Below are positions 1-13,785 of a stretch of 64,000 nucleotides of DNA, in pieces. The stretch lies in contig NC_042997.1 in assembly GCF_006345805.1 (NCBI RefSeq), forward strand, positions 144,832,001 through 144,896,000. Reading direction: 5' to 3'. Position numbers and translations under genes: made by a program. Every line of letters starts with the position of its first letter. Position 1 is the stretch's first letter. This stretch comes from Octopus sinensis (lineage: Eukaryota). The notes under the pieces are model-generated. The model saw only the letters and a program-made list of their open reading frames with translations. It did not search any database and was not told where the DNA came from.

Positions 1-40
<40 letters not shown>

Positions 41-491
41 TGATGATGATGATGATGGTGATAAGGTTTTACTGATTTGTGTTCAGCACTTTCGCTAATT
101 CCTATAGCGTTGCGGAAGAACAAAAAATATTTTGAATCTGTAAGCGCTTACAAAATCATTTCAGAACATTTCATTTTTGTTCAAGCATTAAGTACAAATT
201 TTACTCATAACGGTTAAAAATCATTTCTCCTCGAAATAAGACGCCAAAGAATTAGAGATAGAATAATTAAATAAGGTCATTACAAATGAGAGGAAAACGC
301 AAGCACACACACATACATACACGCACACACGCACATAAAGCACACACTCAATGACATATATACACGCATATATACATACATGCATACATAATTTAACTTT
401 GCAATCATGCACTATTTAAACATACACAAACACTTCCAAGAGTAATAAATATAGAAATAAAATAAAATATATAAATATGCAAAAAGTGAAA

Positions 492-522
<31 letters not shown>

Positions 523-609
523 GCATTATTATAAATGTATATGTTATTTTGTATATATATGTGTGCATGTACGTTTACACATATATATTTTTTTATTTAA
601 ATATATGTA

Positions 610-922
610 TAGTGGAACCTCAGTTTATGACGCCTCTCATCACAAATAAATCGGTTTACGAGCAATTTTTCGAACACAAATCGTCTCAATTGACGAACGG
701 TGTCTCTAACAACGAACACGCAAGCCGGCAAGAACGGTTGGTGTCAAGCTGGGAGTATCAATGGGAGTTACTGTCTAACTTTTGTTCAGCGTACGTCTCT
801 GCTCAAATTCGCTGTGTCTTCTCTTCAGTATTTTCTCTAGATAAATTGTTTCGGTTCACGAACATTTCGGGTAACGAACGCCCTTCAAGAACAAATTTAA
901 TTCATAAACCCTGGTTACACTG
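610..922. mobile_element. Tigger/pogo-like MITE (non-autonomous Tc1/mariner superfamily)
   Basis: Imperfect TIRs TAGTGGAACCTCAGTTTATGA (610-) and TCATAAACCCTGGTTACACTG (-922); TA on both sides (608-609, 923-924); no transposase. Confidence 0.75.
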
Positions 923-1012
923 TATACATATATATATATTTATGTATGAGTGTGTGTGTGTATGTGTGTTTGTAATATATGTGTACTTTTAATATTCACA
1001 TACATACATACA

Positions 1013-1048
<36 letters not shown>

Positions 1049-1056
1049 TATATAAT

Positions 1057-1127
<71 letters not shown>

Positions 1128-2289
1128 GTGTGTGTGTGTGGTGTGTGTGTGTGTGTAAATAGTAAGGAATTATCACAAACGTTTACCGGTTCGCTCTCAG
1201 GTATTCAAAATAAGTTATTCAACAGTTAATATATAAATCCAATAATATTCTTATAAGGAAAGAATTTACAGATATATTCCGTTGGTGAATTCTGAATGTA
1301 TTACCTTAACCATATAGGTTTCCTGGAGTATATAATACCAACAATAATAATGATTGTTATTGTTTGTATATATTTATATATCGTAGCTATTATGTTAAAC
1401 TGACGTATGTCCAAATTTGGCCAAATGCATTTTTTCCAATATCTATTTTTGCTTGCAATAGCCGGTTCCTTTGGTCAAACTATCGTATCTCCAGCTGCTT
1501 TAGATGCCAAGATATCAAAAATTGCCAAAGTGTAGTACAACGGTTTTGCTATGCAATGGTGAAACTATATTTTCGTTTTCTGAAAAAGCAACGTTTTGGA
1601 CTTACGACACTTTTACATAATAACAACGATCTATATTTGAAGGCGTGTGACCTAGTGGCTTGGGCGTGTTGCACATCTGTATATTGTTCTTTTTAACTCA
1701 CAATAACCATACCTGGTATTATCTCACCTAATGTCCTCAGCTAAAAGTATCTAGTTTAATTAAACAAATATTTGTTTCTTTTTATGATTAATTCATTTAA
1801 TCTCTGTGATAATTGCATTAAGTTACCGATTTGTATCTTAAAATCGTTCTTTATTGTTCGTTATTTTAATGTTGTGCCACTTATTAAATTTGAGCTATGT
1901 GTTATTAATGTTAATCTAATAAATATCAAACTCTCAGGTAAATCTCGAGGTTAAACACAAAGACCCGAGGGGAGAAGAGGACTGGCTGGCAGACATAAAG
2001 CAAGGTCTTACCAGTAAACAAGCAAAGAATTGTCTGTAAACAATGCGACACGAATCCTCTTGTTTTGAAGCCTATGTAATTTCTATTTTAATAAAAGCGA
2101 AATTCTGTCTGTTCGTCTGGGACCCCTGTATCTCAGTCTACGTTTGCTCTACATAAACATATTATGCCTTTTTGGAATCAGGATGATCTAGAGATTGAAA
2201 ATTTGCCCTTCATTTGGTTCTTGAACACCCAGCATTAGGATTTGATTTAAAAGCATTTGGGTTGCTATTTCTAGCAGGTAAACCTTGGC

Positions 2290-2372
2290 TGATTCACACT
2301 ATCTTGGTTGGCGGACGAAACACGGCTACGCATTTCACCCGGCGTGCTAACGTTTCTGCCACCTCGCCGCCT
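2290..2372 (-). mobile_element. SINE group C head fragment
   Basis: Matches the reverse complement of the head at 26042 (cggcgtgctaacgtttctgcca..cgccgcc). Confidence 0.7.
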
Positions 2373-2450
2373 TAACAATAATAATAATAATTATAATAAT
2401 TATAGTAATGATGATGATGATGATGATGATAATAATAATAATAATAATAA

Positions 2451-2484
<34 letters not shown>

Positions 2485-2487
<3 letters not shown>

Positions 2488-3729
2488 GCTAAAAACAAGA
2501 TAATAGGTATCAACACTTTAGCTGTCCCAGTTATAAGTTACAGCTACAATATCCTTAACTGGACACGAAATGAACTGTCCAAAATAGATAGGAAAACAAG
2601 AAAAATACTGACAGGATCTAGGATGCATCACCCAAAATCTGACATAGAAAGACTATATATACAACGTATAGAAGGTGGTAGAGGCCTTATACAGCTGGAA
2701 AACTACTATAAAATAACCACCATAGGACTGCAAAAATATCTACTTCAGAAGGAAGGAAAACTGATCCAGATAGCAGCAAAACACGAGCAAAACAAAAAAC
2801 TGTTCTCAGTATTTAAGGAAGCTGACAAATACAAACAAGAAATCATACCACCTAATAAACACGAAGAAGAAGAAGAAGAAGATGATGAAGAAACAACAAA
2901 AGCTATAAAACAAATGAAATCCAAACTAAAAATAGAACAGCAACGAACCATGATAAAACAATGGCAAGAAAAGCCCCTTCATGGTAAATACTGCACTAAA
3001 CTAAACGCAAAAGAAATAGACAAAGAAAAATCCCAGCAATGGTTGAGAAGCTCAGGACTCAAAGCAGAAACAGAGGGATTTTCAATTGCAGCACAAGACC
3101 AAAGCCTCCCCACCAGAAATTACCAAAAACATGTAATGAAAAGAAATATTACAAGTAACTGCAGAATATGTGGAGATGGACAAGAAACAATAAATCATAT
3201 TATCTCTAGCTGCCCAGTCCTGGCTAAGAAGGAATATATTCACAGACATGACAGAGTTGGAACCCACATACATTGAAAGCTATGCCAACATTATGGAATA
3301 ACAACAGAAAAAAGATGGTATAGGCACACACCAGAAAAGGTCACAGAAAACGAGAAAGCAACCATACTCTGGGATATGCCGATACACACAGATAGAGAAA
3401 TTAAGGCCAACAGACCAGATATAGTTGTCAGAGATCATGAAGAAAAAAAATGCTTTCTAATTGATGTATCAATACCGGCAGATGACAACGTGTCTCTAAA
3501 AGAAATGGAGAAACTCTCAAAATACAAAGACCTGGAAATAGAGGTAACTAGAATGTAGAATCTGAAAACAGAAACAATTCCTATCATAGTAGGTGCATTA
3601 GGCATGATAAAAAAATATTCAGACAAATACATAACAAAAACACCAGGACTTACAAACACATATAACATACAGAAAATTGCACTACTAGGCACTGCACACA
3701 TCCTACGCAGAAGACTTTCCATACAATAA
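2485..3729 (+). pseudogene. C-terminal RT/zinc knuckle/RLE ORF relic of the R4/Dong-like element
   Basis: ORFs 2308-3276 and 3376-3558 are in the same frame, broken only by stops at probable Trp codons (TGA 3274-3276, TAG 3556-3558). The natural stop is TAA 3727-3729. Confidence 0.88.
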
Positions 3730-3826
3730 CCATCAGAGCATCACAACAAATCACAGCACATACCCAAGGCACACAGAGCTGCGCTCGGTAGTGAAGTGAA
3801 AGCACGCTATAAAAATAAAACTACTG
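2485..3826 (+). mobile_element. 5'-truncated R4/Dong-like non-LTR retrotransposon (RLE type) inserted in (TAA)n
   Basis: One reading frame carries the RT thumb (RLYIQRIEGGRGL), a CCHC knuckle (CRICGDGQETINHIISSC) and a PD-D restriction-like endonuclease (RPDIVV..LIDVSIP..KLSKY). A 3' UTR follows, and (AAT)n flanks both ends. Confidence 0.9.
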
Positions 3827-3849
3827 AATAATGATAATAATAATAATAA

Positions 3850-4063
3850 ATCCTTTCTACTATAGGCACAAGTCCTGAAATTTGGGTGTAGGGGTCAGTT
3901 GATTAGATCGACCCCAATATGCAACTGGCCCTTAATTTATCGAACTCGAGAGGATGAAGGCAAAGTCAACCTGAGCGTAATTTGAACTCAGGAGGTAGCG
4001 ACGAGTGAAATACCGTTTAGCATTTCGTCCAACGTGCTAACAACTCTGCCAGCTCACCGCCTG
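3850..4063 (-). mobile_element. SINE group C (single module)
   Basis: Similar to the reverse complement of 26042-26404: head, B-box-like GAGTTCAAATT, and tail with tcctttctactataggcacaag. Confidence 0.8.
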
Positions 4064-4066
4064 AAT

Positions 4067-4076
4067 AATAATAATG

Positions 4077-4139
<63 letters not shown>

Positions 4140-4160
4140 GCATGAACTGCTCTCTCACTC

Positions 4161-4195
<35 letters not shown>

Positions 4196-4345
4196 CGACG
4201 AAGTAGTAGACGACAACAATGATGATGATAATCGTGATGATGATGGTGACGTTGATCATGAGGATGATCATGATGATGATCATGATAGTAATGATGAGGA
4301 TAATGATGATGATGATGAGGAGGAGGAGGGGGAGGAGGAGGAAGA
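4067..4345. repeat. Compound (AAT)n/(GAT)n/(GAG)n microsatellite
   Basis: Direct reading. Confidence 0.95.
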
Positions 4346-4890
4346 GGATGATTGTTTGTTGCTTAAATCATTCTGTAAAATCAGTATTTTGCAGTTTGTT
4401 TAATCAAAGGTCGCCGGTATCCAAAGTTACTCGAGTGGAAGTTTATGATTACACGTTTGTTGGCTTGTGAAGCCTCGTCGCTATTTTCTATTCACTTTGG
4501 CTGGAATATGATGTGTATAATGATTAGAAATTGACGTGTATGTTCCACTAGTACCCAAGCAATTCAGACTGAAGTAGTCTGAATTGTGTTTATGCATGCA
4601 TACATACATGCAAAAATACATACATACATACAAGTGTGCATATATATATATATATATATATTACCTATACAGATATATATGACATATATATATGTATATC
4701 TATATATCTATCTATCTATCTATTTATCTCTCTCTCTCTATATGTGTGTGTGTATTTATATATGTGTTTGTATATGTATATATATGTATGTATATATGCA
4801 TATATATATATATGTATTTATGCATATATATGTATGTATACGCATATATATATGCATATATATGTATATATATATATATGCGTGTGTATG

Positions 4891-4928
<38 letters not shown>

Positions 4929-5767
4929 ATGTATATATATGTGTGTATATATGTATGTATATATGTATATATAAATGTTTGTATATATATATGTGAGTGT
5001 ATGTATGTAAGTATGTATGTATGTACCTATGTATGTATATATATATATACATATATATGTACATATATATACATATATATATATATATGTGTATATATGT
5101 GTGTATATATATCTGTGTGTATATATGTGTGTGTTTGTATTTATGTGTGTGTGTGTGAATACACACACACACACACTCAAGTGAGTGGACAAACGAACGA
5201 AAAAGTACTCAACACTTTAGTTGGAGTTGTAGTATTATTTAGATTTTTTACTCCGCTCTACGACACTTAAAGTTTCGCAGGCTCCTAACAAAAACCCGTC
5301 TCATTCAGGCTTAGATCATTGAATGAAGAACCACAGGCACTATATTTATAATTTACTGTTCCATTATTAGTAGAATCAACAAAAATCTACCCTATGCAGT
5401 GAAAGATAAAAATCATTTAATATATACTGTACTCAAATAGTTTCATGCTTTGGGAACACAATAACATAGCGATATTGTGCATTTGTGCCTGAAGGATTGG
5501 GTTTCCACAGCAAGAAACTATTAGTAGATCATTTTTAAATATACAGCTGCGCGCGCACGCATATGTGCCTGTGTTTGTACGTATGTGTATATATATATTT
5601 ATATATATATATATATACGTACGCATACACACATGCATACATATGTCTATACATAACCAAGTGCTAGAAAGCTATCTGAAAGAAACTATTTTGGTAGTGT
5701 CAAGGGCTGTTATATATCTTCATTTCATTTCATGTACTCGCGCGTACATATTCGCACATATATTAGA

Positions 5768-5981
<214 letters not shown>

Positions 5982-6679
5982 TCTTTTTATCTTTTAACCA
6001 AGAGAAAAGGCAGTGTACATAACCTTTTACATGCCTTTCAAGATTGGTGAGATGAAGTTATTCACATGTTAGAGTCCGAAAGTTTGCAACAAAATGGCTT
6101 CCCTCAAAAGTATCCTAGCCAGGTTGCGGTGTTTAAGCAATCAACGTATTAAATCGACTCTTCATCCACGAACAAGTAAGCCAAGATAGAACTTGATCTT
6201 AGACATCAAAGGTCTAGAACAAATACAAACAAAAAGGATTAATATATATACCGATTTGAAGTCTGATATTTCCATATGTTGGAACCAAGAAATTAACACA
6301 GCATTTTTTCTTCGCAAATTATCGTGGGTGAGGTGGCTTTGGATAACGGGACGAAACATTAGAGGGTAAACCTTGGAAAATTAGATCTTAATATAGGACT
6401 GGGGGCTGCAGTGTACAAGATCTGTTTAGTTGGTTCATCCAGAAAGTTCTCAATGCAAAATAAGAACAGATATAAGCTCCATAAAAAGAATTTAAGAGTA
6501 GAAAGGAGAACGTGGTCCGATAGGAAGCTCACTTGAATGGGCTACTATATTGATAATATGTAAATGCAAGAAATTGAGCAAAACAAGAAAATATAAGTAT
6601 TACAGATGAGAAGGTGGAAAAGATGCTTAATACCAAACTAAGATCAAGAGATGTTCAAGGATTCAAAGCACGGATTCTG

Positions 6680-7620
6680 AAGACGCAGAAGACAGAGCGG
6701 GAACCGGTAATTGTGAGGACATTCGCCAAGTGAACGACTCAATCGAAAGTTTTCGATCGGTCTAAGTGAATTAGTGTTCCGTCCACTCTAGGTTTCTTAC
6801 CCACTTTCTCTGTGATTCATGGGAGGGAGGGTGTCGTGGGTAGATCTGTCTCGGATGGCACATCTTTGCGCATCCTCACTCAGACCAATGGCAACAAGCG
6901 CTTACATTTTGGTTGACGCCTTGGCCAAAAGTTGATATCTGCATTTAGCAGAGTTATTGGCCGAAAATTATCAATGTGATCCTCCTTGTTTGTGTCTTTG
7001 TCAGCAGTGCCACTGTCTCTCGACTCACAGAATTGGAGAATCTCCTAGTCTGCTGCCATTTGCAGTAGATATCTGCCAAAAGATCTGCAAACAAGTCTGG
7101 CATATAAAATAAATCCTTTTTTGGGCTGACCATCGAAACCAGGCGATTTACTCGCCGTGCAGCTAATTACTGCTTCCAGTGTTTCCGAGGTTGTTAACGG
7201 CTTTTTGTAATACTTCGCCTCCCTTGCTGTGAATCACGACAGGCCGTCTAGGTAGGCAGTGAAATTCATCTTGTGATCTAACCTGCCACTCGTCCCAAAC
7301 AGTTGAGAAAAGTGTCGTTGTAAATCTACACACAGCTGTTTAGTTTCGCGTAATATGCACTCAACACGATCTGCCAAAGATCGAATTATGGCTTTGTCGC
7401 CACGTTGCGCCTCTGTTATTCAAGCCCATCGAATGGCTTTTGTCCATTCAAATCTTAGAGTTCGTTCCTTAGCTGTGACAACACGGCCATTGTGTATCGT
7501 TTTGCGTTGAAGAATTAGTCCAGGGCAAGTCTCGTCGCAAGCACGTCGGTTGCAATGCTTTTCCTACTCGTCTTTTCTAAATTTCTTACTAGGACACCCT
7601 CCATTCAAGTTTTCTCTATC
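6680..7620 (-). mobile_element. Old, degraded L1/Tx1-like ORF2 fragment
   Basis: Minus-strand translation gives SKSPGFDG, CPDLFADLLADIYCKWQQ, DNFRPITLLNAD and LIHLDRSKTFD, colinear with the ORF at 15553-17055. Many stops and frameshifts. Confidence 0.85.
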
Positions 7621-8709
7621 GCTGCTTCTAATAATAACACAGGGAGAGGTCTTCAACATATAACACCGGGGTGTCTAACAGAATGCCGGGAGAACCTCTA
7701 GCAAGGAAAAACGTTCTTGACAGCCTCCACCAGAGAAAAAAAAAATCAAATAACAATAATTACAAAGTAACAAATACAAATAAAACATGCTGAAGGATAA
7801 CTGTGTAAGTAATGCTTGTAAAATCTAGACATCATTACCGCTCATAATTGGGTATTAAAAATGTTCATAGTATTGGTGGTGTCATACCATATGTAAACAA
7901 ACTATCAGAGCATTGTGTATATATCAACACCTCACCAATCACCTACCACCAACGCCCACAAAAAGGCAAGTAATTAAAATTAAAATCGTATCATTTAGAC
8001 TGGGAAATGTGTAATTTGAATTTAAGGTATAAAAAATGGAGAAAAATCGCACATATAAAACTCGGCAAAACTAGAAAACTTTTAAAGGCAGAGAAACGGT
8101 TGTTGCTGGAAAGGGTTGAAGAGAAAAATGACTTGGCTTAGTTCGATCGTCTTACGATCTTTATCGATGCATACCAAATCTGATTACTCCTCTCTTGGAA
8201 GACGGTTATGGAAAGTGATGGGCGTCGTTAGAAAGGACGCAAACTCGGGTTATCATTATTCGTTCAATATCTATCGCCACCTAAATGTAGGTGTTCTATA
8301 AGAACACACGATACTGCTAGTTTAACCCCGGGAGGACGCCTCCTCCAGCTAGTATACCTCGCATTCGATATATACTCCCTAGTATTCTAACTCTGAGACT
8401 ACCAGATCATGTGATTTCGACCTCATTTTGTTCATTTTCAGTGATGGATACATGCCTGCCAGACATAGCAGTAACTCACCCCAGCTTGCAATATATAGAA
8501 AACCAGTGTCACAGTTACTGATTTTGCAATTAGTGAACTAGCTTGTTAAGAAAATGTCTATTAGAGACGGAAGCATTATTTACACTGAGAAATAATGTTT
8601 ATCCTTAGGCTAAAATAACAATATCGTTCGTTCTTATAGAACACCTATGTTTAAGTGGTGGTAAACAACTTCTCAATATAAATAATGCTTTCGTCTCTAA
8701 CAGAGATTT

Positions 8710-9665
8710 TCTTAACAAGATAGAGCTAAAGATTTTAGATAAAGTGCCTAACAAAGATCTTGGCATTTATCATAGCGTGGTCGGGAGTACGTATGCATGC
8801 GTGATTCAAGCAGATCTGTTCACAACAATCTCCACCTGCGATACATCGTAGGCAGTATAGGTGATTAAGATGACTTCGGTGAGGATCTCTTTCACCTTGA
8901 TCAATCCAAAGTCTTTGATAAAGTTGACCAGCTGCACTTGACACTGGTTCTCATTGCAACCTGTTTCGGTCTCTTTTAGAGATGGGATTATTTCTATGTG
9001 CAGCAGCATCTGTTCGGTGGTCATTCTAAATGGAAACTCAACGGAGACGTTTCGAAACCCACGCTCGATCATAGGGGCTTTCTGTCATCGCTCCTGAAGC
9101 TTTTGGTTGAACCAGTGATAAGGAATTTGAGCTGCGGTCAACCTACTCGAACTGGAATGCAACAAGGCCATATCAATATATGCAGAGGGCGTTAGAGTCA
9201 TAGCGTAGGGAAGCCCGGAAATTAAGGGATCAGCAACGTACTGAAAGTATAAGCTCAATAATGAGAAAAGGCCTGGGCTTACAACTCGGCACCTGGAGAT
9301 GCAAGTCTACGCTGATCAACATCATACTGCACTATAATGACGGTCTTGTTAAGGTACTTGGGCCTCATTCAAGCCAGACCTTCAGGTGGACAGGAACTAG
9401 GATGAGGTTACGAGTAGGCTGGCCAGTCTGCCCCACAAAAATGAAAGATTTGGGAGGGATGGCACATACATATATCTCATCTGTTATCTTATTAACCTCA
9501 TGACTGTTATGTTTCATACAATTTCCATGTGAGCAAAGAAAGGAACATCTGCTTTTTCCGTTATTTTGTAGTAACGAGCTCAGCTGTCCAGACAGCCTAT
9601 TTACGGCAAAAACTCTCCATGAAAGGGCTCTGTATGTTGTGGCTGATGGCGGATGATGAGGCAGC
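8710..9665 (+). mobile_element. Old, degraded L1/Tx1-like ORF2 fragment
   Basis: Plus-strand pieces ELKILDKV, SRSVHNNLHLRY, HLDQSKVFDKVD, LGLQLGTWR and MKGLCMLWLM are colinear with the element at 15287-18673. Confidence 0.8.
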
Positions 9666-9699
9666 GTTATCTTCATAGATTTTGGGATGATGGTGGCAA

Positions 9700-9763
9700 T
9701 GAAATGATGATGATAATGATGACGACGACGACGAGGACGAGGACGACGATGATGATGATGATA

Positions 9764-9816
<53 letters not shown>

Positions 9817-9962
9817 AAAAACGAGGATAACAATAATGATGAAGGTGATAATGGCGACGACGACGACGACAACGACGACGATGATGATCATTATGATAAA
9901 TGATGATGAAGACGACGAGAACAAAGACGAAGATGCTGCTGCTGCTGCGGCTGCTGCTGCTG
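9700..9962. repeat. Compound (GAT)n/(GAC)n/(GCT)n microsatellite
   Basis: Direct reading. Confidence 0.95.
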
Positions 9963-10280
9963 ATGCTTGTTAATATTATTATGATGGTGTCGAGGAATTA
10001 TTATTGCTATCTCCATCATCTTCTGATTACTAAGCATATGCGACGTATTTCTATGGATACGACCAATATGGCGTCTGCTGGGAATACCTTCTGAATCATC
10101 CGTGACATATGTTTCGATCTAGACGTACGAAACCCAGAGCCAATGGTAAAATATATACATTGCTGCTTGTGATTTGATAAATAGGAAAAATAGTTGTTCG
10201 CTGCTGTTTATTCATGTATTATTGGTTGATTGAAATATTAACTATTAATTGCTCTGTTTACTGTCCTATATGTATGTATG

Positions 10281-10314
<34 letters not shown>

Positions 10315-10403
10315 TGTATGTATGTATGTATGTATGAATGTATGTATGCATGCATGCATGTATGTATACATATATACATATACATTTGTTTATTCATGTA
10401 TAA

Positions 10404-10484
<81 letters not shown>

Positions 10485-10568
10485 AACACAAAAACCTTAC
10501 AAATATGTATGTGTGTGCACGTGTACATGTATATATATGTGGATACGTATGTGTGTGTGTATCTCTCT

Positions 10569-10647
<79 letters not shown>

Positions 10648-11652
10648 CAGAGAGAGGGGGCATATGTACACAAACGCATGTTTACATGTAGGTCTGTATG
10701 TAAATATATATAGATGTGTTTACATATACGTATGCATATATGTGAATATACATCTGCGTGTGTGTATGTATGTGTTTAACTATGTACATATATACATATG
10801 TCAATACTATACATATACATATGAATATATATGTATGTATATGTATACGTATATATATATAAATAAACTACATACATGTATATACAGATACATATATATG
10901 CATATATGCATATGCATGTGTGATTTCATAATTTATGGAGGGCATATATGTATATATATATATATATATATACACTAAACATATGTACACGTATATAACT
11001 GTATGTATGTATGTATGTATGTATGTATGTATGTATGTATGCATGTATGTATGTATGTATGTATGTATGTATGTATGTGTGTGTGTGTATGCATGCATGT
11101 ATGTGTTTGTGTATGTACGTACGTGCAGTTCGAGGGCTCAAAATTCAACGAAACCGTCGAAGGGGAAGTGAAGCATTGTACCACAGGGACCTATCTCTGT
11201 CTCCCTATCCATTGTCTTATCTGCTCTGCCAAGCATTTACCTCAATGCGGTCATTACACATAGCAGCTGCAGTTTTTTTTTTTATACACAATACTACATT
11301 CAAGTATTGATATATAGATCCATACACATTACACTTTATACACACTCATACCAATCACTAATTTTATATGAATGACAGCCCGGTTAATGAAAATACTGTC
11401 GTCTGCCCCCGCCCACTCTTTTCCTTTCTCTCTCTCATATATGTGTGTTTGTGTGTGTGTGCGTGTGCGTATGTATGCATATGTATGTATGTAAATATAT
11501 ATATGTATATATATGTATGTATATATATAAGTATATATATGTATATATATATATACATATATACACACACATATATATATATATATGTATGTATGTATGT
11601 ATATATTCGGTTATATATATGCAAAATTGTATACATGTATACTCATATGTGA

Positions 11653-11684
<32 letters not shown>

Positions 11685-11754
11685 ACATATACATGCATAG
11701 ACATATCTACCTTCATACATACATATATATATATATATATACATATATATATAC

Positions 11755-11830
<76 letters not shown>

Positions 11831-11985
11831 CATACCATTAAGGACTGAACACGAAAAAGTGGACAGTCAACATGCTAGATATAGACGTCAAATCGCCCTT
11901 CTCCACAAAAGATTATGTTCTCAGATCAAACTCAACACCAACCCAAGCGATAAACAAGTGAAAATATACGAAAAATAATACTCAT

Positions 11986-12050
11986 CCATGTACTGAATCA
12001 GTTTCGACTATTATTATCCGTAAGGATACCCGTAGTCTTCGTCAGCATGG
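11986..12050 (-). ncRNA. Type I hammerhead ribozyme, intact core
   Basis: Minus strand reads CCAUG CUGACGA A GACUA[CGGG UAUCC UUAC GGAUA AUAA]UAGUC GAA ACUG AUU CAGU A CAUGG. Stem I is 5 bp, stem II is 5 bp plus a distal hairpin, stem III is 4 bp, and the cleavage triplet is GUA. Confidence 0.85.
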
Positions 12051-12369
12051 CCGATATGAATGAAATCTGCTGAACTAGATGCAAAAACGATACCAGAGTA
12101 TCATCATGTGCGTAGAGTTCAACCGATTACATCCGAATGTGTATTTCAAATGCCTTTCACCTTGGCGCGTTGAGACCCGAAGAAAATGACCTGCAGTTAA
12201 TAATTAGCAGCAGTCAATTTATCGGTTAGAGAAACATATTTATTTTTTTATAAAATTAATTAAGGGTAGAAATCAATATTTATCAATTAAAACCAGTGGT
12301 CTAACATATTAAAAAAATCCGAAGATTAAATATTTATATATACCAATTATATATACCAATTATATATAT

Positions 12370-12401
<32 letters not shown>

Positions 12402-12485
12402 GACATATAGTATATAATATATACGAGGTGTGTCTGAAAAGTTTTGAGCCTTGAAGTCTTATCCCTACATCAGAAGTCTTGTACC

Positions 12486-12568
<83 letters not shown>

Positions 12569-13104
12569 TACACACATAGTCTGCAATGCCAGAGAAATAT
12601 AAATGAAACTTGCAATAAGTTGTATTATTACATATTTCTACGACACCATAAGAACGGTTGTTTGGCTGAGCATACATATTTCAGACTCAGCCCTTTTCAG
12701 TAACATTTAATTGGGTTCTATCATCGGTTACATATAGGCTTTTCTGGGTGGATTATTGGGATTTGATCTGAAAGTCCATCGTGAACTCCATAAAGCTGCC
12801 ACAACCAACGACAAAAACCTCTTTTTTCGTCAGCGGGTTCCAAGCTTATTTCGTTTTGGAAGTTGGAACCCTTAAATGATTTTTCTGTTTTTCTTTTAAA
12901 TCGTGGAACCCATTCCTAAAACTTACATGCAACTGCCGCCTTAATCATGGAATCTGCCTGTCTAACATAACTTCCGGTAGGGTTCACAACTACCCGCCAC
13001 TCACTTTCTCGCTCTCCTCTATGTATGTATGTATGTATGTATGTATGTATGTATGTATGTATGCATGCATGCATGCGTGCCTGTATAAACACAGATACAC
13101 ATTT

Positions 13105-13412
13105 GTTGTTTTGTTTGTTCCTTCTCGAGCCATGCCTGGCTCATTAGGGGTAGTTTCCCGGTTTCATTGGCGTATAGGTTCCCCACCTGGATGGGACGCC
13201 GGTCCATCGCAGGTGAGCTGCAAAATGCTGGAGGAAAGAGTGAGAGAAAGTTATGACGAAAGTGTCAGCAGAAGTTTGCCATTACCTTCTGCCAGAGCCG
13301 CGTGGAGCTTTTGGTGTTTCGCTCATAAACACACACATTGCCCGGTCTGAGATTCGAACCCGCGATCCCTCGTCCGTGAGTCAGCTGCTCTAACCACTAG
13401 GCCATGTGCTTC
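13105..13412 (-). mobile_element. SINE group B (tRNA-derived head)
   Basis: The reverse complement starts with an A-box-like TGGCCTAGTGGTTAGAG and a B-box-like GGTTCGAATC; the body is shared with 40958-41346. Confidence 0.8.
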
Positions 13413-13785
13413 CACACAGATACACATTGGTACATATACATTCTCAACGCAGTGGCAGTGTTTTTTTTTACTCGACCTGTTACCCAATATACTCACATCT
13501 TTCATACATACACACGTATGTATGTCATTATGCAGTTTTATTACAAGATTTCTTTGCAATTAGAGGAAGAGCCGGTTCCTAACCAAGATCCAAGGCTCCT
13601 TCATTGGAATTTCGACAACATTTGTATATTTTGTTTTATGTATGTATTCTCTTACATATAGTTACATGCTCATATATATTTAAATGATAAACGTCTGGAA
13701 AGTTTTACAGATTTTTACAGTTCCAATGATGAACTGGATCTGTAGTCTTCGAATTAGCATTCTCCTTTCTGGTTTTGAGAAACCT

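Noticed and set aside
6680-9665. Single twin-primed (5'-inverted) LINE
   Set aside because: The two fragments overlap by roughly 300 bp of ORF2 and are separated by about 1 kb of unrelated DNA.
9985-10125. Minus-strand open stretch after a possible AG acceptor (IETYVTDDSEG..), and GATC GAAAC ATAT GTC resembling a hammerhead half
   Set aside because: No recognisable protein or donor site, and no CUGANGA box in a usable position.
11125-11270. Unique stretch reading QFEGSKFNETVEGEVKHC as a possible exon
   Set aside because: No polypyrimidine acceptor and no homology recognised.
12423-12700. Mariner-like TIR CGAGGTGTGTCTGAAAAGTTTTGAGCC
   Set aside because: No convincing partner TIR was found.
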